Assembly (NCBI GenBank): GCA_965237525.1 | Contig: CBDEFO010000003.1 | Coordinates: 128,001-192,000 of the forward strand | Reading direction: 5' to 3' | DNA length: 64,000 nucleotides | Source of the DNA: Candidatus Latescibacterota bacterium | GTDB lineage: Bacteria > Latescibacterota > CBDEFO01 | Shown here: one piece after another, positions 20,126 to 30,184 of the stretch | Position numbering within the stretch: the first letter of the stretch is position 1 | How the letters are laid out: the number at the start of each line of letters is the position of its first letter | Program-made: the position numbers and the translations under genes | Notes under the pieces: generated by a model | Seen by the model: the letters and a program-made list of their open reading frames with translations, nothing else | What the model was told of the DNA's origin: nothing | Database searches by the model: none

Positions 20126-20257
20126 AACTATTCTCCTTTAGAAGAAAATGAAGTGTTGGGTCAAGATAGTATGGACAAGATTATACACGGCAGAAAGGGA
20201 GAAGGCGTCCTGCTCACTGTCTGACTAGAAAGAATAACTGTTCTAGCGTCTACCTCT

Positions 20258-20632
20258 TTAGAACTCCAAACCGCCTTCCTTTGCACCTTCTGCCAACTCC
20301 TTGATCCTGCCGTGATACAGATATCCACCCCTGTCAAACACAACTTGGGTGATTTTTTGTTCTTGGGCCTTTTCGGCCAGAAGTCTTCCTACTTCTTTAC
20401 TTATTCCACATTTTCCGTTCTCTATTTTATTCATATTCCTGATCTGGGCACACAGGCTCGACACTCCCAAAATCGATCTTCCTTTTGTATCATCTATTAA
20501 CTGAGCCTGGATATTCTTCAGGCTCCTGCTGACTGAGAGCCTCGGCCTTTCAGTTGTTCCGGAAACCTTCCTTCTGATGCGCTTGTGCCTCTTTAGTCTT
20601 GCGAGCGTCCTTTTGATATTCTTATCCTTCAA
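20258..20632 (-). CDS. rplR: 50S ribosomal protein L18
   Basis: RPRLSV.RS, VFDRGGYLYHGR. Confidence 0.97.
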   Translation of the reverse strand: MKDKNIKRTLARLKRHKRIRRKVSGTTERPRLSVSRSLKNIQAQLIDDTKGRSILGVSSLCAQIRNMNKIENGKCGISKEVGRLLAEKAQEQKITQVVFDRGGYLYHGRIKELAEGAKEGGLEF

Positions 20633-20643
20633 TCCTATCTCCT

Positions 20644-21228
20644 TTATATTGCAGTCTTGCCAGCTTTCCGTCGTACGAACTCACCGTCGTACCTGATTCC
20701 CTTCCCTTTGTATGGCTCAGGTGGTCTCAAGAATCGGATATTCGCTGCCGTTTGACCTACTACCTCTTTGTCTATGCCACGGACGGTGATAATTGTGACT
20801 GTGCCCTCCACCTCACCACCTACTATATTCAGCTGACTGGGACTTGCTGTTTGGACCTCAAATTCGATGTCGTCAGGGGCGAGAACTGTGACCGGGTGGG
20901 AAAACCCTAATAGGAGCCTCAAGTTTTTTCCCTCTACGTCGGCTCTATATCCTATTCCTATCACATGGAGTTTCCTTTCAAATCCCTGAGTGACCCCAAA
21001 GACAGCGTTTGCCACCAAGGAGCGAGTCAGTCCCTGGAGCGCCTTCCCTGCTCTATCGTCAGAACGAGGGTAAACCTCGACTCGACCGTCCTTAAGCTTA
21101 AGCTCCACTTTGCTGTTCAACTTTACGGTCAACTCACCCTTTGGTCCCCTGACCATAGCCCGATCTTTGTCTACGTTTAAACTCACTCCCTGGGGAATAT
21201 CGACAGGTTTTTTGCCTATCCGCGACAC
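20644..21228 (-). CDS. rplF: 50S ribosomal protein L6 (with ~15-aa insertion)
   Basis: GTG start at 21228 (SRIGKKP); RPPEPYKGKGIRY. The ORF-track N-terminal extension comes from a repeat. Confidence 0.96.
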   Translation of the reverse strand: MSRIGKKPVDIPQGVSLNVDKDRAMVRGPKGELTVKLNSKVELKLKDGRVEVYPRSDDRAGKALQGLTRSLVANAVFGVTQGFERKLHVIGIGYRADVEGKNLRLLLGFSHPVTVLAPDDIEFEVQTASPSQLNIVGGEVEGTVTIITVRGIDKEVVGQTAANIRFLRPPEPYKGKGIRYDGEFVRRKAGKTAI

Positions 21229-21249
21229 TGAAATATCCTTTCTCGGGGT

Positions 21250-21365
21250 CCCCAAAAAGTCGGCGTGGGCACTGCGTGCATTTCTACTACCCCTTTCCGT
21301 GTGTAGTGACGAGTACGCGATGACAAAGCGCGGAGCGCACGAAGTGAGCGAAGAACTTTCTGGGG
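21250..21365. repeat. MITE-like element (family B), copy 2
   Basis: terminal inverted repeats CCCCAAAAAGT / ACTTTCTGGGG (10 of 11 match); internal GGCACTGCGTGCATTTCT and CGGAGCGCACGAAGT. Confidence 0.75.
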
Positions 21366-21377
21366 CGAAAAGTAATA

Positions 21378-21776
21378 TCACCAGACAAAGCAGAGGACCT
21401 CCCCCCCCACTTTGGCCAATCTCGCCTCCCTGTCCGTCATCAGACCCTTAGAAGTGGACAGAATAGCTATTCCCAGTCCGTCTAAGACTCTGGGTATCTC
21501 TCTCCTTGTGACGTACTTTCTCAGCCCCGGCTTGCTAATCCTTTCAATTCCTCTTATTATGCTTTCGCCCTCGGAGTTGTACCTAAGATATATCCTCAAA
21601 ACGCCCTGCTTCTTGTCCTCAGCGTAGATGTAATTTTCGATAAACTTATTATCTTTTAGTGTCCTGGCTATCTCTCTTTTCAGCTTGGACGCAGGCATGT
21701 CCACCCTCTTGTATCCAGCTCTCCAAGCGTTCCTTATGCGGGTCAACATATCGGCGATAGGGTCGGTCATAGACAT
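21378..21776 (-). CDS. rpsH: 30S ribosomal protein S8
   Basis: DPIADMLTRIRNA, SKPGLR.Y, ILSTSKG. Confidence 0.98.
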   Translation of the reverse strand: MSMTDPIADMLTRIRNAWRAGYKRVDMPASKLKREIARTLKDNKFIENYIYAEDKKQGVLRIYLRYNSEGESIIRGIERISKPGLRKYVTRREIPRVLDGLGIAILSTSKGLMTDREARLAKVGGEVLCFVW

Positions 21777-21854
21777 AGAGATCGTCCTCTATTTGAGAAG
21801 TTCCGTTTAAGCTTAACTACCATGTTGACTATTTCTGAATCTGTCTACATAAAC

Positions 21855-22040
21855 TTACCAGCTTGCTTTGGTAACTCCAGGGATTTCCCCCTCCAGGGCG
21901 AGTTCCCTGAAGCATATGCGGCATATCCTAAACTTCCTCATATAGCCCCTTGGCCTGCCGCATCTTATGCATCTGTTTCGATGCCGCGTGCTGAACTTGG
22001 GCTTTCTTTTTGCTTTGACCATGAAAGCCTTACTTGCCAT
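21855..22040 (-). CDS. rpsN: 30S ribosomal protein S14 type Z
   Basis: 61 aa, [21 protein letters not shown]. Confidence 0.97.
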   Translation of the reverse strand: MASKAFMVKAKRKPKFSTRHRNRCIRCGRPRGYMRKFRICRICFRELALEGEIPGVTKASW

Positions 22041-22055
22041 AAGAAACCCTCTATT

Positions 22056-22598
22056 TTAAGCCCTAAAGGGCATTTTGAATTCTCTTAAGAGCTCGAACGC
22101 TTCCTCATCGATCCGAGCCGTGGTCACAATAGTAATATCCATACCGCGGATCTTATCTATCTTATCGTAGTCTATTTCGGGAAAGATGATCTGCTCTAAT
22201 ATTCCTATGGAGTAGTTTCCTCTTCCGTCTAAAGAGCCAGAAGACACACCTCTAAAGTCCCTTATCCTCGGCATAGTGAAAGTCAAAAGACGGTCCAGGA
22301 ACTCATACATCCTATCTCCCCTTAAAGTCACTTTACATCCTATGTTCATGCCTTTTCTCAGCTTGAAATTGGATACTGACTTTTTGGATTTCCGTAGAAT
22401 AGGCTTCTGACCGCTGATGATCGTCATATCTGCCACTGCTTTTTCTAAGGCTTTTGAATTTCCAATTGCCTCTCCCACGCCCATATTCAAGACAATCTTC
22501 TCTATACGGGGAACTTGCATTCTATTCTTGAAACCGAACCTTTCCATCAGAGCTGGAACTATCTTATTATCATAGAACTCTTTCAATCTTACTGACAC
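22056..22598 (-). CDS. rplE: 50S ribosomal protein L5
   Basis: [25 protein letters not shown]. Confidence 0.98.
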   Translation of the reverse strand: MSVRLKEFYDNKIVPALMERFGFKNRMQVPRIEKIVLNMGVGEAIGNSKALEKAVADMTIISGQKPILRKSKKSVSNFKLRKGMNIGCKVTLRGDRMYEFLDRLLTFTMPRIRDFRGVSSGSLDGRGNYSIGILEQIIFPEIDYDKIDKIRGMDITIVTTARIDEEAFELLREFKMPFRA

Positions 22599-22615
22599 AG
22601 TCTATACCCTCTCCT

Positions 22616-22933
22616 TTAGGCTGAACTGATCATCTCATCGCACTTTCTGCATACCCTTGCCCTCTTTCCACTGCTCAAAACCGAAACTCCGGGACTTACC
22701 CTACTGTCACACTTGGGGCACACCAACATCAGATTTGATACCTGCACAGATGCCTCTTTTTCCAATATTCCTCCCTGCTGAGTCCCTCTGGCTTTGGTGT
22801 GCCGCTTTATAAAGTTTACTCCTTCAACTATAGCTCTTCCTTTTTTGGGAAAGACCTTAAGGATAGTTCCTCTTTTACCTATATCTTCCCCTGCTATCAC
22901 TTCGACCCTGTCGTCTTTTCTGATCTTAATCAC
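22616..22933 (-). CDS. rplX: 50S ribosomal protein L24
   Basis: V.VIAG.D.GK.G, VEGVN..KRH. Confidence 0.96.
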   Translation of the reverse strand: MIKIRKDDRVEVIAGEDIGKRGTILKVFPKKGRAIVEGVNFIKRHTKARGTQQGGILEKEASVQVSNLMLVCPKCDSRVSPGVSVLSSGKRARVCRKCDEMISSA

Positions 22934-22954
22934 CTTTGAAGACCTCCAGAATCC

Positions 22955-23323
22955 TTAGATGACCTCCGACGCCAAAGATATGATCCTCATATAGCGCTTC
23001 TCCCTGAGCTCTCTTGCAACAGGTCCAAATATTCTTGTTCCTCTCGGTTCCCCCTGACCGTCTATCAAAACAGCGGCGTTGTCGTCGAACCTTATATACG
23101 ATCCGTCGTTCCTTCTTGTCTCTTTTCGGGTTCTAACCACCACAGCCCTCCCGACTTCTCCACTTTTGACTGTCCCGTCTGGTATGGCGTCCTTGACTAC
23201 CACTACAACGACGTCTCCGACACGCGCATAGCGCTTTTTAGATCCTCCCAATACCCTTATGCACATGGCTGTCCTTGCACCGGTGTTATCCGCAATCCTT
23301 AATCTTGTGTACTCACGTATCAT
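22955..23323 (-). CDS. rplN: 50S ribosomal protein L14
   Basis: ATG 23323; [27 protein letters not shown]. Confidence 0.98.
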   Translation of the reverse strand: MIREYTRLRIADNTGARTAMCIRVLGGSKKRYARVGDVVVVVVKDAIPDGTVKSGEVGRAVVVRTRKETRRNDGSYIRFDDNAAVLIDGQGEPRGTRIFGPVARELREKRYMRIISLASEVI

Positions 23324-23350
23324 TCTTTGGGGCCCCGACAAAAAGACGCG

Positions 23351-23605
23351 CTATTTCGACTTTACGACAATATCTAGCAAGCGCCACCTTTTAGTCTTGC
23401 TCAAAGGTCGCGTTTCCATTACGCGTACAGTATCTCCAACTTTCGCTGAGTTTTCCTCATCGTGCACGTTCAGCTTTTTGCGACGCCTTATGACTTTCTC
23501 ATAGACAGGATGCCTTATGGTCCTTTCTACCTCAACCATAATTGTCTTATCGGCTTTGTCGCCCAGTACTTTTCCTACTGCAGTTTTCCTGTGTCCTCGC
23601 TCCAA
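23351..23605 (-). CDS. rpsQ: 30S ribosomal protein S17
   Basis: [21 protein letters not shown]. Confidence 0.97.
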   Translation of the reverse strand: MERGHRKTAVGKVLGDKADKTIMVEVERTIRHPVYEKVIRRRKKLNVHDEENSAKVGDTVRVMETRPLSKTKRWRLLDIVVKSK

Positions 23606-23608
23606 ACT

Positions 23609-23857
23609 TTAGCCCTCCTCTCCCACGACAGGTTCAGATTCGGAGGATGAAGATGCAAGTTTCCTTATTCCCAGCTTATGCTCGTGGATAATAGTCGTAA
23701 GCCTTGCCACATCGCGTCTGACCTGTCTAATCCTTAAGGGGTTGTCCAGCTGTTTCGTCACTAACTGAAACTTCAAATTGGTAAGCTCCTCCTGAGAGTC
23801 TTGGAGTTGTCTTTCTGCCTCCTCCAAGGTCATATCTCTGATTTGGGAAGCTTTCAT
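23609..23857 (-). CDS. rpmC: 50S ribosomal protein L29 (C-terminally extended)
   Basis: MKASQIR...LDNP.RIR.VRRDVAR..T plus an S/E-rich tail. Confidence 0.94.
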   Translation of the reverse strand: MKASQIRDMTLEEAERQLQDSQEELTNLKFQLVTKQLDNPLRIRQVRRDVARLTTIIHEHKLGIRKLASSSSESEPVVGEEG

Positions 23858-24273
23858 CAGTCCCATTCACCTCTTTCAACGAACTTAGTCTTAATAGGGA
23901 GCTTGTGGCCGGCAAGTCTTACTGCTTCTTTAGCTAATTCTCTGTCGACTCCTTCGATCTCAAACATAATTCTTCCGGGCTTTACCACGGCCACCCAGTG
24001 ATCAGGCGATCCTTTGCCTTTTCCCATTCTTGTCTCAGCTGGCTTGACCGTCACAGGCTTATCGGGGAATATCCTTCTCCACACCTTGCCGCCCCTGCTC
24101 ATATGCCTTGTTATGGCTACCCTTGCCGCCTCTATCTGGCGGTTGGTGACCCACCCCGGTTCTATGGCCTGGATCCCGTACTCTCCGAAGGAGATATTTA
24201 CACCCCTTGACTCTTTACCCTTCATCCTGCCCCTTTGCTGCTTTCTCCATTTCACTCTTTTAGGCATTAACAT
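23857..24273 (-). CDS. rplP: 50S ribosomal protein L16
   Basis: [24 protein letters not shown]. Confidence 0.98.
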   Translation of the reverse strand: MLMPKRVKWRKQQRGRMKGKESRGVNISFGEYGIQAIEPGWVTNRQIEAARVAITRHMSRGGKVWRRIFPDKPVTVKPAETRMGKGKGSPDHWVAVVKPGRIMFEIEGVDRELAKEAVRLAGHKLPIKTKFVERGEWD

Positions 24274-24337
24274 ATTTTAGTCCTTAAAGAATCACGAAGT
24301 GCCAAAGATCACTTCCAACAGAACTGATCTTAAAGCA

Positions 24338-25003
24338 TTAAGAATCCCCGCTGCTTTCGGGAACTGGGGAGGGTTTTAAGATCTCACCGTGACATATCCA
24401 TACCTTCACACCGGTGGTTCCCGATTTTGTAAATGCCGTGGATCTGGAGAAATCTATATCTGCCCTCAGCGTGTGGAGAGGGACCCTTCCCTCCAATTCC
24501 TGTTCCCTACGCGCTATCTCTATGTTCCCCAAACGCCCAGCGCATTCGATCCTGATCCCTTCGGCTCCCATACGCATAGCTGATAGAACAGCCCTTTTCA
24601 TAGCCCTTTTCACAGACACCCTCTGTTCGAGCTGACGGGCTATGTTGTCTGCTACCAACTTTGCGTCTAACTCAGGCGACTTTATCTCCTGAATGGCTAT
24701 ATATATATCTTTGTCTGTGATGTGCCTAAGCTCATCCCGCAGCTTGTCCACCTCAGCCCCTTTCCTGCCTATCACGATCCCCGGCCTTGCGGTGTGAATG
24801 TTTATTGTGACTCTTTTAGGTGCCCTTTCGATCTCGATAGTCGAAATCCCCGCCCTTTGAAGTCTGCTCTGTACGTACTTTCTGAGCATTATATCTTCCT
24901 CAAGAAGATCTGCAAAGTTCCCCTCTTCTGACGGAAACCATCTGGACTTCCAGTCCTTAACTATCCCGAGTCTTAATCCTATAGGATTTGTCTTTTGTCC
25001 CAA
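24338..25003 (-). CDS. rpsC: 30S ribosomal protein S3
   Basis: [32 protein letters not shown]. Confidence 0.98.
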   Translation of the reverse strand: MGQKTNPIGLRLGIVKDWKSRWFPSEEGNFADLLEEDIMLRKYVQSRLQRAGISTIEIERAPKRVTINIHTARPGIVIGRKGAEVDKLRDELRHITDKDIYIAIQEIKSPELDAKLVADNIARQLEQRVSVKRAMKRAVLSAMRMGAEGIRIECAGRLGNIEIARREQELEGRVPLHTLRADIDFSRSTAFTKSGTTGVKVWICHGEILKPSPVPESSGDS

Positions 25004-25024
25004 TGTGCATCTCCTTATAAAGCT

Positions 25025-25243
25025 AGTAGACAGGCCATCTCATCCCCTCCCCTATGCCCGACCCCAATAGATTTAATTGTGGGCTCAATCGGGGATTACT
25101 TCGGTTTTCCCTCCTAGCAATGAAATGACAAAAGGCAAGAGCAGGTCATAACTGAAGGTCTCACCAGTGAGCAGACTGTCAGTTTGAACCAAGGCCCAGA
25201 GTCTTCATCCCAGAGTGCAGCCAAGGGTCTGCGAAGCAATCTC
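25025..25243. repeat. composite repeat cluster (family A, D and C fragments) in the rplV-rpsC spacer
   Basis: AGTAGACAGGCCATCTCATCCCCTCCCC; CCCCAATAGATTTAAT...CAATCGGGG; GATTACTTCG...GCAATGA; GCGAAGCAATCTC. Confidence 0.6.
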
Positions 25244-25322
25244 ACTATAGACTGCATTGGCCTGTATGTTATCTTCTTTTTTGGATTTCTATAATTTTGT
25301 CCAGACGATTTTGATCCGATAC

Positions 25323-25673
25323 TTAATCAGCAACCTTATCTGATATTACCACAGTAATATGACTAGATCTTTTCCTTATTCTTGTTGACATTCCTCTGGC
25401 CCTTGGGCGTATCCTTTTGAGCGTTACGCCTGCGTCCACGTATGCTTCTTTAATTACAAGGTCTTCCAGATTCACGTCAACCTCCCTGTCGCTTTGCATG
25501 GCGTTTCCTATAGCACTCCTTATTACCTTCTCTATTAGTTTTGCTGCGCGTTTAGGTGAAAAGTGAAGGATGTTTAAAGCGTCCTCGACTCTTTCCCCGT
25601 GGACTAAGTCCATCACCTGTCTGACTTTTCTTGGTGATATGCGTATAAATCTTTCCTTGGCCTTTGCCTCCAT
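25323..25673 (-). CDS. rplV: 50S ribosomal protein L22
   Basis: MEAKA..RFIRISPRK, PRARG, SHITV. Confidence 0.97.
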   Translation of the reverse strand: MEAKAKERFIRISPRKVRQVMDLVHGERVEDALNILHFSPKRAAKLIEKVIRSAIGNAMQSDREVDVNLEDLVIKEAYVDAGVTLKRIRPRARGMSTRIRKRSSHITVVISDKVAD

Positions 25674-25776
25674 CTGATATACCCTCACCGCCTAAACTGC
25701 AGTAGAAGGAGGCGTTGCCTCTCGTCCTTGTGTGTCGTCTACTTGCAGTTGCCTTTCGCTTTTGTTGTCCACTTGT

Positions 25777-26064
25777 TTATTTGAGGGACGTGGACCTTTC
25801 GGTTATTCTCCCTGTATGTCCCCGGTAGGTCCTTGTGGGAGCAAATTCCCCCAACTTATATCCAACCATACTCTCGGTTATATAAACAGGCATAAACTTA
25901 TTACCATTGTACACTCCAAGGGTATGTCCCACAAAGTCAGGAGATATAGTGGATCTTCTGGACCACGTTTTGATAACTCTTTTTGCTCCTGTCCTGTTCA
26001 TTTCATCTATCTTCTTTTTCAGGCTGTCATCTATAAAGGGACCCTTTTTAACCGATCTGGGCAT
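25777..26064 (-). CDS. rpsS: 30S ribosomal protein S19
   Basis: [24 protein letters not shown]. Confidence 0.98.
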   Translation of the reverse strand: MPRSVKKGPFIDDSLKKKIDEMNRTGAKRVIKTWSRRSTISPDFVGHTLGVYNGNKFMPVYITESMVGYKLGEFAPTRTYRGHTGRITERSTSLK

Positions 26065-26067
26065 AAT

Positions 26068-26892
26068 CTATTTCCTTCTCCTAACGATAAGATCATCTGA
26101 CTTCTTGTTAGGTTTTCTTGTTTTATAACCCTTGGTAGGTTTACCCCACGGCGTCATCGGAGGACGCCCTCCTTTGCTCTTACCTTCGCCTCCTCCTTGG
26201 GGATGATCTATGGGGTTCATGGCCGCACCCCTGACTTTGGGCCGCTTTCCGAGCCAGCGCGACCTTCCAGCCTTGCCAACGGTAATAATCTCGTGATCTA
26301 GGTTGCCGACCTGTCCCACAGTTGCATAGCACGTTACATCCACCACCCTTATTTCTCCGGAAGGCAGCTTCAGGTGCGCCCATCTTCCCTCTTTAGCCAT
26401 CAATTGAACCTGTGACCCTGCCCCCCTTGCTATCTGTCCTCCTTTGCCCCTTGCTAGTTCAATGTTGTGAAGTGCCATTCCCAGGGGGATGTTCTGTAGA
26501 GGTAGGGCGTTTCCCGGGCTTAGTGGAGCGTCAGGGCCCGACATTATCCTATCTCCTACCTTCAACCCTAAGGGGGCCAGGATATATCTTTTCTCTCCAT
26601 CAGCATACGCTAAGAGGGCTATCCTTGCCGAGCGATTCGGATCGTATTCAATCGCCTGCACACAAGCAGGAACTCCGTCCTTATCCCTTTTGAAATCTAT
26701 AATCCGATAGTGCCTTTTGTGGCCTCCTCCTCTCCTCCTCATAGTTATCTTGCCCCTGTTGTTCCTGCCTGCTGAACTCTTCAAGGGCGAACATAGCCGT
26801 CTTTCTGGATTAGTCTTTGTGATTTCCTCAAAGGAAGATACAGTTGCCCACCTCTGTGTCGGTGTTGTTGGCCTTAAAGTTTTGATTGCCAA
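26068..26892 (-). CDS. rplB: 50S ribosomal protein L2
   Basis: TTG after [30 protein letters not shown]. Confidence 0.98.
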   Translation of the reverse strand: MAIKTLRPTTPTQRWATVSSFEEITKTNPERRLCSPLKSSAGRNNRGKITMRRRGGGHKRHYRIIDFKRDKDGVPACVQAIEYDPNRSARIALLAYADGEKRYILAPLGLKVGDRIMSGPDAPLSPGNALPLQNIPLGMALHNIELARGKGGQIARGAGSQVQLMAKEGRWAHLKLPSGEIRVVDVTCYATVGQVGNLDHEIITVGKAGRSRWLGKRPKVRGAAMNPIDHPQGGGEGKSKGGRPPMTPWGKPTKGYKTRKPNKKSDDLIVRRRK

Positions 26893-26893
26893 T

Positions 26894-27187
26894 TTATACT
26901 CCTCCAAAAATTTCTATAGTATTTCCGCCTTGGAGCGTCACTATGGCCTTTTTCCAATTCGGTCTCCTGCCTTCGGACCTCATCCCTAACCTCTTCAACT
27001 TCCCTCTCATAGACATAGTCCTGACTCTTGTCACTTTCACATCGAATATCTCTTCCACCGCCTGTTTGATCTGTAGCTTATTTGCTTTTTTGTCCACTTC
27101 GAACAGATATTTATTCTCTTCCGTCCTCAGCGCCGTCCCCTTCTCTGTTATCAGAGGGCGACGAATTACCCATCTCAGATCGTTCAT
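26894..27187 (-). CDS. rplW: 50S ribosomal protein L23
   Basis: [26 protein letters not shown]. Confidence 0.96.
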   Translation of the reverse strand: MNDLRWVIRRPLITEKGTALRTEENKYLFEVDKKANKLQIKQAVEEIFDVKVTRVRTMSMRGKLKRLGMRSEGRRPNWKKAIVTLQGGNTIEIFGGV

Positions 27188-27815
27188 CAGATAGGATCTC
27201 CCGTAGCTTTTCAAGTCCCTTTTGTGTAAATACTACTAAATCGGCCTGTAAGACATCCCACGTGCAGAGGCTATCTGCCTGTTTTAGTTTCAAGCCCTGT
27301 ATGTTCCTGCAGGACTTTACCAACTCAGAAGAGGCCATATCCTCCAGGAGGAGCACCTTTTGACGCTCAGAAAGCCCCATAGCATTCAACAACCCTATCA
27401 CTATCTTCGTCTTGGGCCCGGAAAGCACAATATCCTCTATGATCGAGATCTTGTCCTCCTGGACTTTCAGCGACAGGGCTGACTTGAGGGCCAGCCTTCT
27501 GACCTTCTTTGGTACTCTTTGTCTGTATGACCGTGGGCCAGGCCCGAAGATAGTCCCTCCGCCTACACGGATCGGAGACCTTGCGCTGCCTGTCCTTGCC
27601 CTTCCTGTGCCTTTCTGTTTGTAGAGCTTCCTGCCTGAAGCGGTTACTCTTGCCCTGTTCTTCGTGGACGCTGTCCCCTGCCTTTGATTGGCAAGATAGG
27701 CTACCACAGACTGATAGATAGCTGGCTCTGAGGCCTTTATGTTAAAGATGCCATCTGAGACCTCGGCGGTTCCCGAAAGAGTCCCGTCTTTAGTGTAAGT
27801 TTTTATTTCTGCCAT
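27111..27815 (-). CDS. rplD: 50S ribosomal protein L4 (reads 25 codons into rplW)
   Basis: [23 protein letters not shown]; stop lies 77 nt inside rplW. Confidence 0.95.
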   Translation of the reverse strand: MAEIKTYTKDGTLSGTAEVSDGIFNIKASEPAIYQSVVAYLANQRQGTASTKNRARVTASGRKLYKQKGTGRARTGSARSPIRVGGGTIFGPGPRSYRQRVPKKVRRLALKSALSLKVQEDKISIIEDIVLSGPKTKIVIGLLNAMGLSERQKVLLLEDMASSELVKSCRNIQGLKLKQADSLCTWDVLQADLVVFTQKGLEKLREILSDERSEMGNSSPSDNREGDGAEDGRE

Positions 27816-27834
27816 GTCGGCTCTCGATCTAACT

Positions 27835-28452
27835 CTATTTCCTTATAGAGACGTAACTGTTTCTGGCCCCCGGCACAGCGCCAGAAAGAAAGAGCAGATT
27901 CGTCCCTTCATCCACCCCAATAACCTCTAAATTCTTCACAGTCACCTTTTGGTTTCCCATTCTCCCGGGCATCCTTGTGCCTTTAAAAACTCTCGCCGGG
28001 AAGGAACTTCCGCCTACAGATCCTGGCGCCCTCCATCTGTCCGATTGACCGTGAGTTTTAGGACCTCCTTTGAATCCATGTCTCTTGACAACTCCTGCAA
28101 ATCCCTTGCCCTTGGAAGTCCCTGTCACCTTTACCTTATCTCCAGCCTTGAAGATGTCCACCTTCAGTTCTCCTCCGACATCGTACTTATCCCCGTCCTC
28201 AATCGGGAACTCCTGAAGGACTCTCAAAGGATCAAGACGAGCTGCACGGAAGATGCCGTTCAAAGGCTTATTTACCTTCCTTTCGGGTATCTTCTCAAAA
28301 CCCAGTTGTACAGCATCATATCCATCCCTTTTTGCATTCTTGACCTGAACCACATAGCAGGGACCCGCCCGGATAACGGTTATGGGCACGAGGTTACCCT
28401 TTAAATCGAATATCTGAGTCATCCCGATCTTTTTCCCTATGATGCCGTTCAT
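27835..28452 (-). CDS. rplC: 50S ribosomal protein L3
   Basis: GKKIGMTQ, SKGKGFAG..KRH, GAVPG. Confidence 0.98.
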   Translation of the reverse strand: MNGIIGKKIGMTQIFDLKGNLVPITVIRAGPCYVVQVKNAKRDGYDAVQLGFEKIPERKVNKPLNGIFRAARLDPLRVLQEFPIEDGDKYDVGGELKVDIFKAGDKVKVTGTSKGKGFAGVVKRHGFKGGPKTHGQSDRWRAPGSVGGSSFPARVFKGTRMPGRMGNQKVTVKNLEVIGVDEGTNLLFLSGAVPGARNSYVSIRK

Positions 28453-28467
28453 TCATCCTCCGTAATA

Positions 28468-28782
28468 TCAGTTGATCACCTTAATACCTATGTCCACACC
28501 TGCAGGAAGGTCCAGCTTCATCAAGGCATCCACAGTCTGAGGTGTGGAGTCGTAGATGTCGATCAATCTTTTGTGCACCTTGATCTCAAACTGCTCGCGG
28601 GACTTTTTATCTATATGAGGACTCCTTAGTACGGTGTAAAGGGTCCTCTTTGTGGGAAGCGGAATGGGGCCCGCAAGCGTAGAACCGCTCCTTTTTACCG
28701 TCCTTGCTATCTCATCAGCCGAACGATCCAGGGTCACATGATCGTAAGCCTTAAGCCTTATCCGTATCTTCTGAGTGGGCAC
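28468..28782 (-). CDS. rpsJ: 30S ribosomal protein S10
   Basis: [28 protein letters not shown]. Confidence 0.98.
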   Translation of the reverse strand: MPTQKIRIRLKAYDHVTLDRSADEIARTVKRSGSTLAGPIPLPTKRTLYTVLRSPHIDKKSREQFEIKVHKRLIDIYDSTPQTVDALMKLDLPAGVDIGIKVIN

Positions 28783-28792
28783 TCGGATCTCC

Positions 28793-29986
28793 TTACTCTA
28801 AAACCTTTGTTACCACGCCTGCGCCTATGGTTCTCCCGCCCTCGCGGATAGCAAACCTGAGTTCCTGCTCCATAGCGATGGGCTTCTCCTCCAGATCCAC
28901 AGACATCGTGACGTCGTCTCCGGGCATGATCATCTCAACACCCTCAGGGAGCTGGACAACTCCTGTCACATCGGTTGTTCTGAAGTAGAACTGCGGGCGG
29001 TATCCGGAAAAGAAGGGCTTTTCCCTTCCACCTTCTTTTGCGTTCAATATGTACACCGAAGCTTCGAAACTCGTGTGAGGTGTTATGCTTCCCGGATCCG
29101 CGATCACCATACCTCTTTCTAGTTCTTCCTTATCCACGCCCCTTAAAAGGAGACCGACGTTATCTCCGGCGATGCCTTGATCCAGAATCTTTCTGAACAT
29201 CTCTACACCCGTCACTACCGATTTTCTCGTCTCCCTCAGCCCTACAATTTCCACCTCATCTTGAACATTAATCGTGCCTCTTTCTACCCTCCCTGTTCCG
29301 ACAGTTCCCCTACCTGTGATGCTGAAGACATCCTCAACAGGCATCAAGAATGGTAGATCCACGTCCCTTTCTGGAACCGGGATATATTCATCCACAGCAG
29401 CCAACAGCTCGTCTATACACTGTGTATTCTCGTTGTCCTCTTCCGCCTCCACGGCCAAAAGCGCAGAGCCTCTTATCACGGGGATCTCGTCTCCTGGAAA
29501 CTCGTACTCGCTCAAAAGTTCCCTTGTCTCCAGTTCCACCAGCTCTAAAAGGTCAGGATCATCGACCATATCTACCTTATTGAGGAACACTACGATATAC
29601 GGCACGTTCACCTGGCGTGCCAGAAGGATATGCTCCCTTGTCTGAATCATGGGCCCATCTGCTGCTGATACGACCACGACAGCTCCGTCCATTTGAGCGG
29701 CACCCGTGATCATGTTCTTGATATAATCCCTGTGGCCAGGACAGTCAACGTGGGCATAGTGCCTCTTTTCTGTCTGGTACTCCACGTGGGAAATCGCGAT
29801 AGTGATGCCTCTTTCCTTCTCCTCCGGAGCCTTGTCAATCTCTTCGAAGGGGGTGTAATCGGCAAGTCCCTTTCTGGCCAAGACCTTCGTTATAGCAGCC
29901 GTTAAGGTCGTCTTTCCGTGGTCTATGTGGCCGATTGTGCCGATGTTCAGATGGGGCTTTGTCCTTTCAAACGTTTCCTTTGCCAT
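28793..29986 (-). CDS. tuf: elongation factor Tu
   Basis: [30 protein letters not shown]. Confidence 0.99.
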   Translation of the reverse strand: MAKETFERTKPHLNIGTIGHIDHGKTTLTAAITKVLARKGLADYTPFEEIDKAPEEKERGITIAISHVEYQTEKRHYAHVDCPGHRDYIKNMITGAAQMDGAVVVVSAADGPMIQTREHILLARQVNVPYIVVFLNKVDMVDDPDLLELVELETRELLSEYEFPGDEIPVIRGSALLAVEAEEDNENTQCIDELLAAVDEYIPVPERDVDLPFLMPVEDVFSITGRGTVGTGRVERGTINVQDEVEIVGLRETRKSVVTGVEMFRKILDQGIAGDNVGLLLRGVDKEELERGMVIADPGSITPHTSFEASVYILNAKEGGREKPFFSGYRPQFYFRTTDVTGVVQLPEGVEMIMPGDDVTMSVDLEEKPIAMEQELRFAIREGGRTIGAGVVTKVLE

Positions 29987-30006
29987 CCTTAACCCTCCTT
30001 AAGGAA

Positions 30007-30176
30007 GTAGCCAATAGTCAGCAGACTGGGACACCAGGTCTCCTCCCTGCATGCTGTCTACCTGTCTTTACCTTCGCTTAGCCTGCTTGCTGTCTACTGT
30101 TCTGTTTCCTTGTCCTTTATTGTTTTCAAACTTCTGTTCTAGTCGCCGACAGATTCCACGATTGAATCTATCGGGG
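30007..30176. repeat. family A element plus family D palindrome in the fusA-tuf spacer
   Basis: AGTC AGCAGAC TGGGACACC...CTCCTCCC...GCTGTCTAC...GCTGTCTACT; CCACGATTGAATCTATCGGGG at 30156-30176. Confidence 0.7.
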
Positions 30177-30184
30177 ATCGGGTA

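Noticed and set aside
21229..21381. N-terminal extension of rplF in the ORF track (similar extensions on rpsL, rpsG, rplA and the 56800 ORF)
   Set aside because: These run through intergenic or repeat sequence; conserved N-termini and SD sites support the shorter starts.
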